DNA of 64,000 nucleotides from Escherichia coli (GTDB lineage Bacteria; Pseudomonadota; Gammaproteobacteria; Enterobacterales; Enterobacteriaceae): NCBI RefSeq assembly GCF_050320075.1, contig NZ_CP190018.1; one strand, 5' to 3'. Shown piece by piece: positions 62,939 to 64,000 of this stretch (position 1 is its first letter; each line of letters starts with the position of its first letter). The notes under the pieces were generated by a model. It saw only the letters and a program-made list of their open reading frames with translations, ran no database searches and was not told where the DNA came from. The position numbers and the translations under genes were made by a program.

Positions 62939-63823
62939 ATGGCGAAAAGGGAGAACTACAACGAGCTGTACCTGTTTATGCAGGTGGTGCGGGAAGGCAG
63001 CTTTACCGCAGCGGCTCAGCGGCTGGGTCTTGCTCAGTCAGGAGTCAGCCGTTCTGTTCGCGAGCTTGAAGAAAGGCTGGGTGTCCAGCTGCTAGTGCGC
63101 ACCACGCGTAAACTGTCGCTGACACAAGCAGGCGAGCAGCTCTACCAGAAGACGGCATCTGGATTTGAAATGTTAGATCTTGGGCTTGCCACGCTGGCGC
63201 ATTATCGAGAGACGCCCTCCGGCACGGTGCGTATCAATGCCAGCCAGCACGCGATTGATAAATGCCTGCTGCCAAAGCTGGCGGTATTTAAACAGAGATA
63301 TCCTGATATCCGGCTTGAACTGATAAATGAGAGCCGGTTCGTCGATATCATCGAGGAAAGATTCGATGCAGGTGTCCGCCTGGGGCCTGAAGTCGGCCAG
63401 GGTATGGTCGCGGTACGCATCACGCCCGATATGGAGATGGCAATTGTGGGGACTCCGGAACATTTTCGTCGCTATGGTTTTCCGCAAACCCCGGCGGATT
63501 TAAAGGCGCATCCCTGTATCGCCTATCAGTTTGCCGACGGCAGCGTATACCAGTGGGAACTCAATCAGGATGATAAAAAAATCACTCATCGCCCTGAAGG
63601 GCAATGGGCCCTATCCGACAGCTATATGGAAGCAGAAGCCGCCCGGCTGGGCCTCGGATTGGCCTATGTTCCTGTTGAACTGGTCGCGGATGATTTAGAA
63701 CACGGTAAGCTTATCAGGGTGTTGCAGCGTTACAGCCTGCGAATGGAGGGATTGTTTCTCTATTACCCTCATCGCAACGTCTCCCCCGCCCTGCGGATGG
63801 TCATTGATACATTGAAAATCTGA
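62939..63823 (+). CDS. LysR-family regulator (294 aa), divergent from the hydrolase-MFS pair
   Basis: HTH FMQVVREGSFTAAAQRLGLAQSGVSRSVRELEERL. Confidence 0.9.
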   Translation: MAKRENYNELYLFMQVVREGSFTAAAQRLGLAQSGVSRSVRELEERLGVQLLVRTTRKLSLTQAGEQLYQKTASGFEMLDLGLATLAHYRETPSGTVRINASQHAIDKCLLPKLAVFKQRYPDIRLELINESRFVDIIEERFDAGVRLGPEVGQGMVAVRITPDMEMAIVGTPEHFRRYGFPQTPADLKAHPCIAYQFADGSVYQWELNQDDKKITHRPEGQWALSDSYMEAEAARLGLGLAYVPVELVADDLEHGKLIRVLQRYSLRMEGLFLYYPHRNVSPALRMVIDTLKI

Positions 63824-64000
63824 ACGTTAACAACGACCGACTCTTCACTGTGCAAAATTGTGTCAGGTAGTCCCTCTGCGTTCAATTCCAGGGTCTGCTT
63901 TGAGCGAGAAAGAGGGGACTATCCAGCAATGGAGATCACCCAAAAGAAAAAACCACCTGGCTCCCTCGACAACCTTCATCCGGGCATTTAGCCTCAATCA

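Noticed and set aside
63868-63921. An imperfect inverted repeat TAGTCCCTCT...AGAGGGGACTA downstream of the last LysR gene.
   Set aside because: The arms differ by one base, the loop is ~33 nt, and there is no U-tract. With only 177 bp of context before the window end, it cannot be interpreted.

Overview
This window is Escherichia coli chromosome. It is colinear with, and inverted relative to, the K-12 region running from paoABCD/yagU through the ecp operon, ykgMO, eaeH, rclRABC, ykgEFG, betTIBA and pdeL to yahB-yahJ. K-12 comparisons throughout are from memory, not from an alignment.

Gene content, left to right:
- A four-gene sugar-type ABC transporter operon whose binding-protein gene is split by a complete IS150.
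- An ASCH-domain gene.
- The yahJIGFED cluster (uncharacterised, contains a carbamate kinase), then yahC, yahB and pdeL.
- betT and betIBA. betI carries an in-frame TAG.
- ykgH, ykgGFE (LutCBA-like) and rclR-rclABC.
- An aldo-keto reductase (AKR) gene, a full-length Rob-like ykgA, and a full-length 1416-aa eaeH/fdeC-type inverse autotransporter.
- A ~6.3-kb block of two AKRs, two LysR regulators, a Cys-nucleophile alpha/beta hydrolase and an Old Yellow Enzyme (OYE) flavoreductase. I do not recall this block in K-12.
- ykgR, the Zur-controlled ykgM-ykgO pair, ecpRABCDE, ykgJ and yagU.
- paoA, a single ORF that looks like an in-frame paoB-paoC deletion fusion, and paoD.
- A truncated MobA/MocA-like remnant, then an MFS transporter, an exported hydrolase and a LysR regulator.

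I found no rRNA, tRNA, CRISPR array, prophage or recognisable defence system.

The strongest candidate for an undescribed system is the yahD-J operon. Strain-specific lesions (IS150 insertion, betI amber, paoBC fusion, mocA-like remnant) and several unassigned palindromic operators and hairpins are reported separately.
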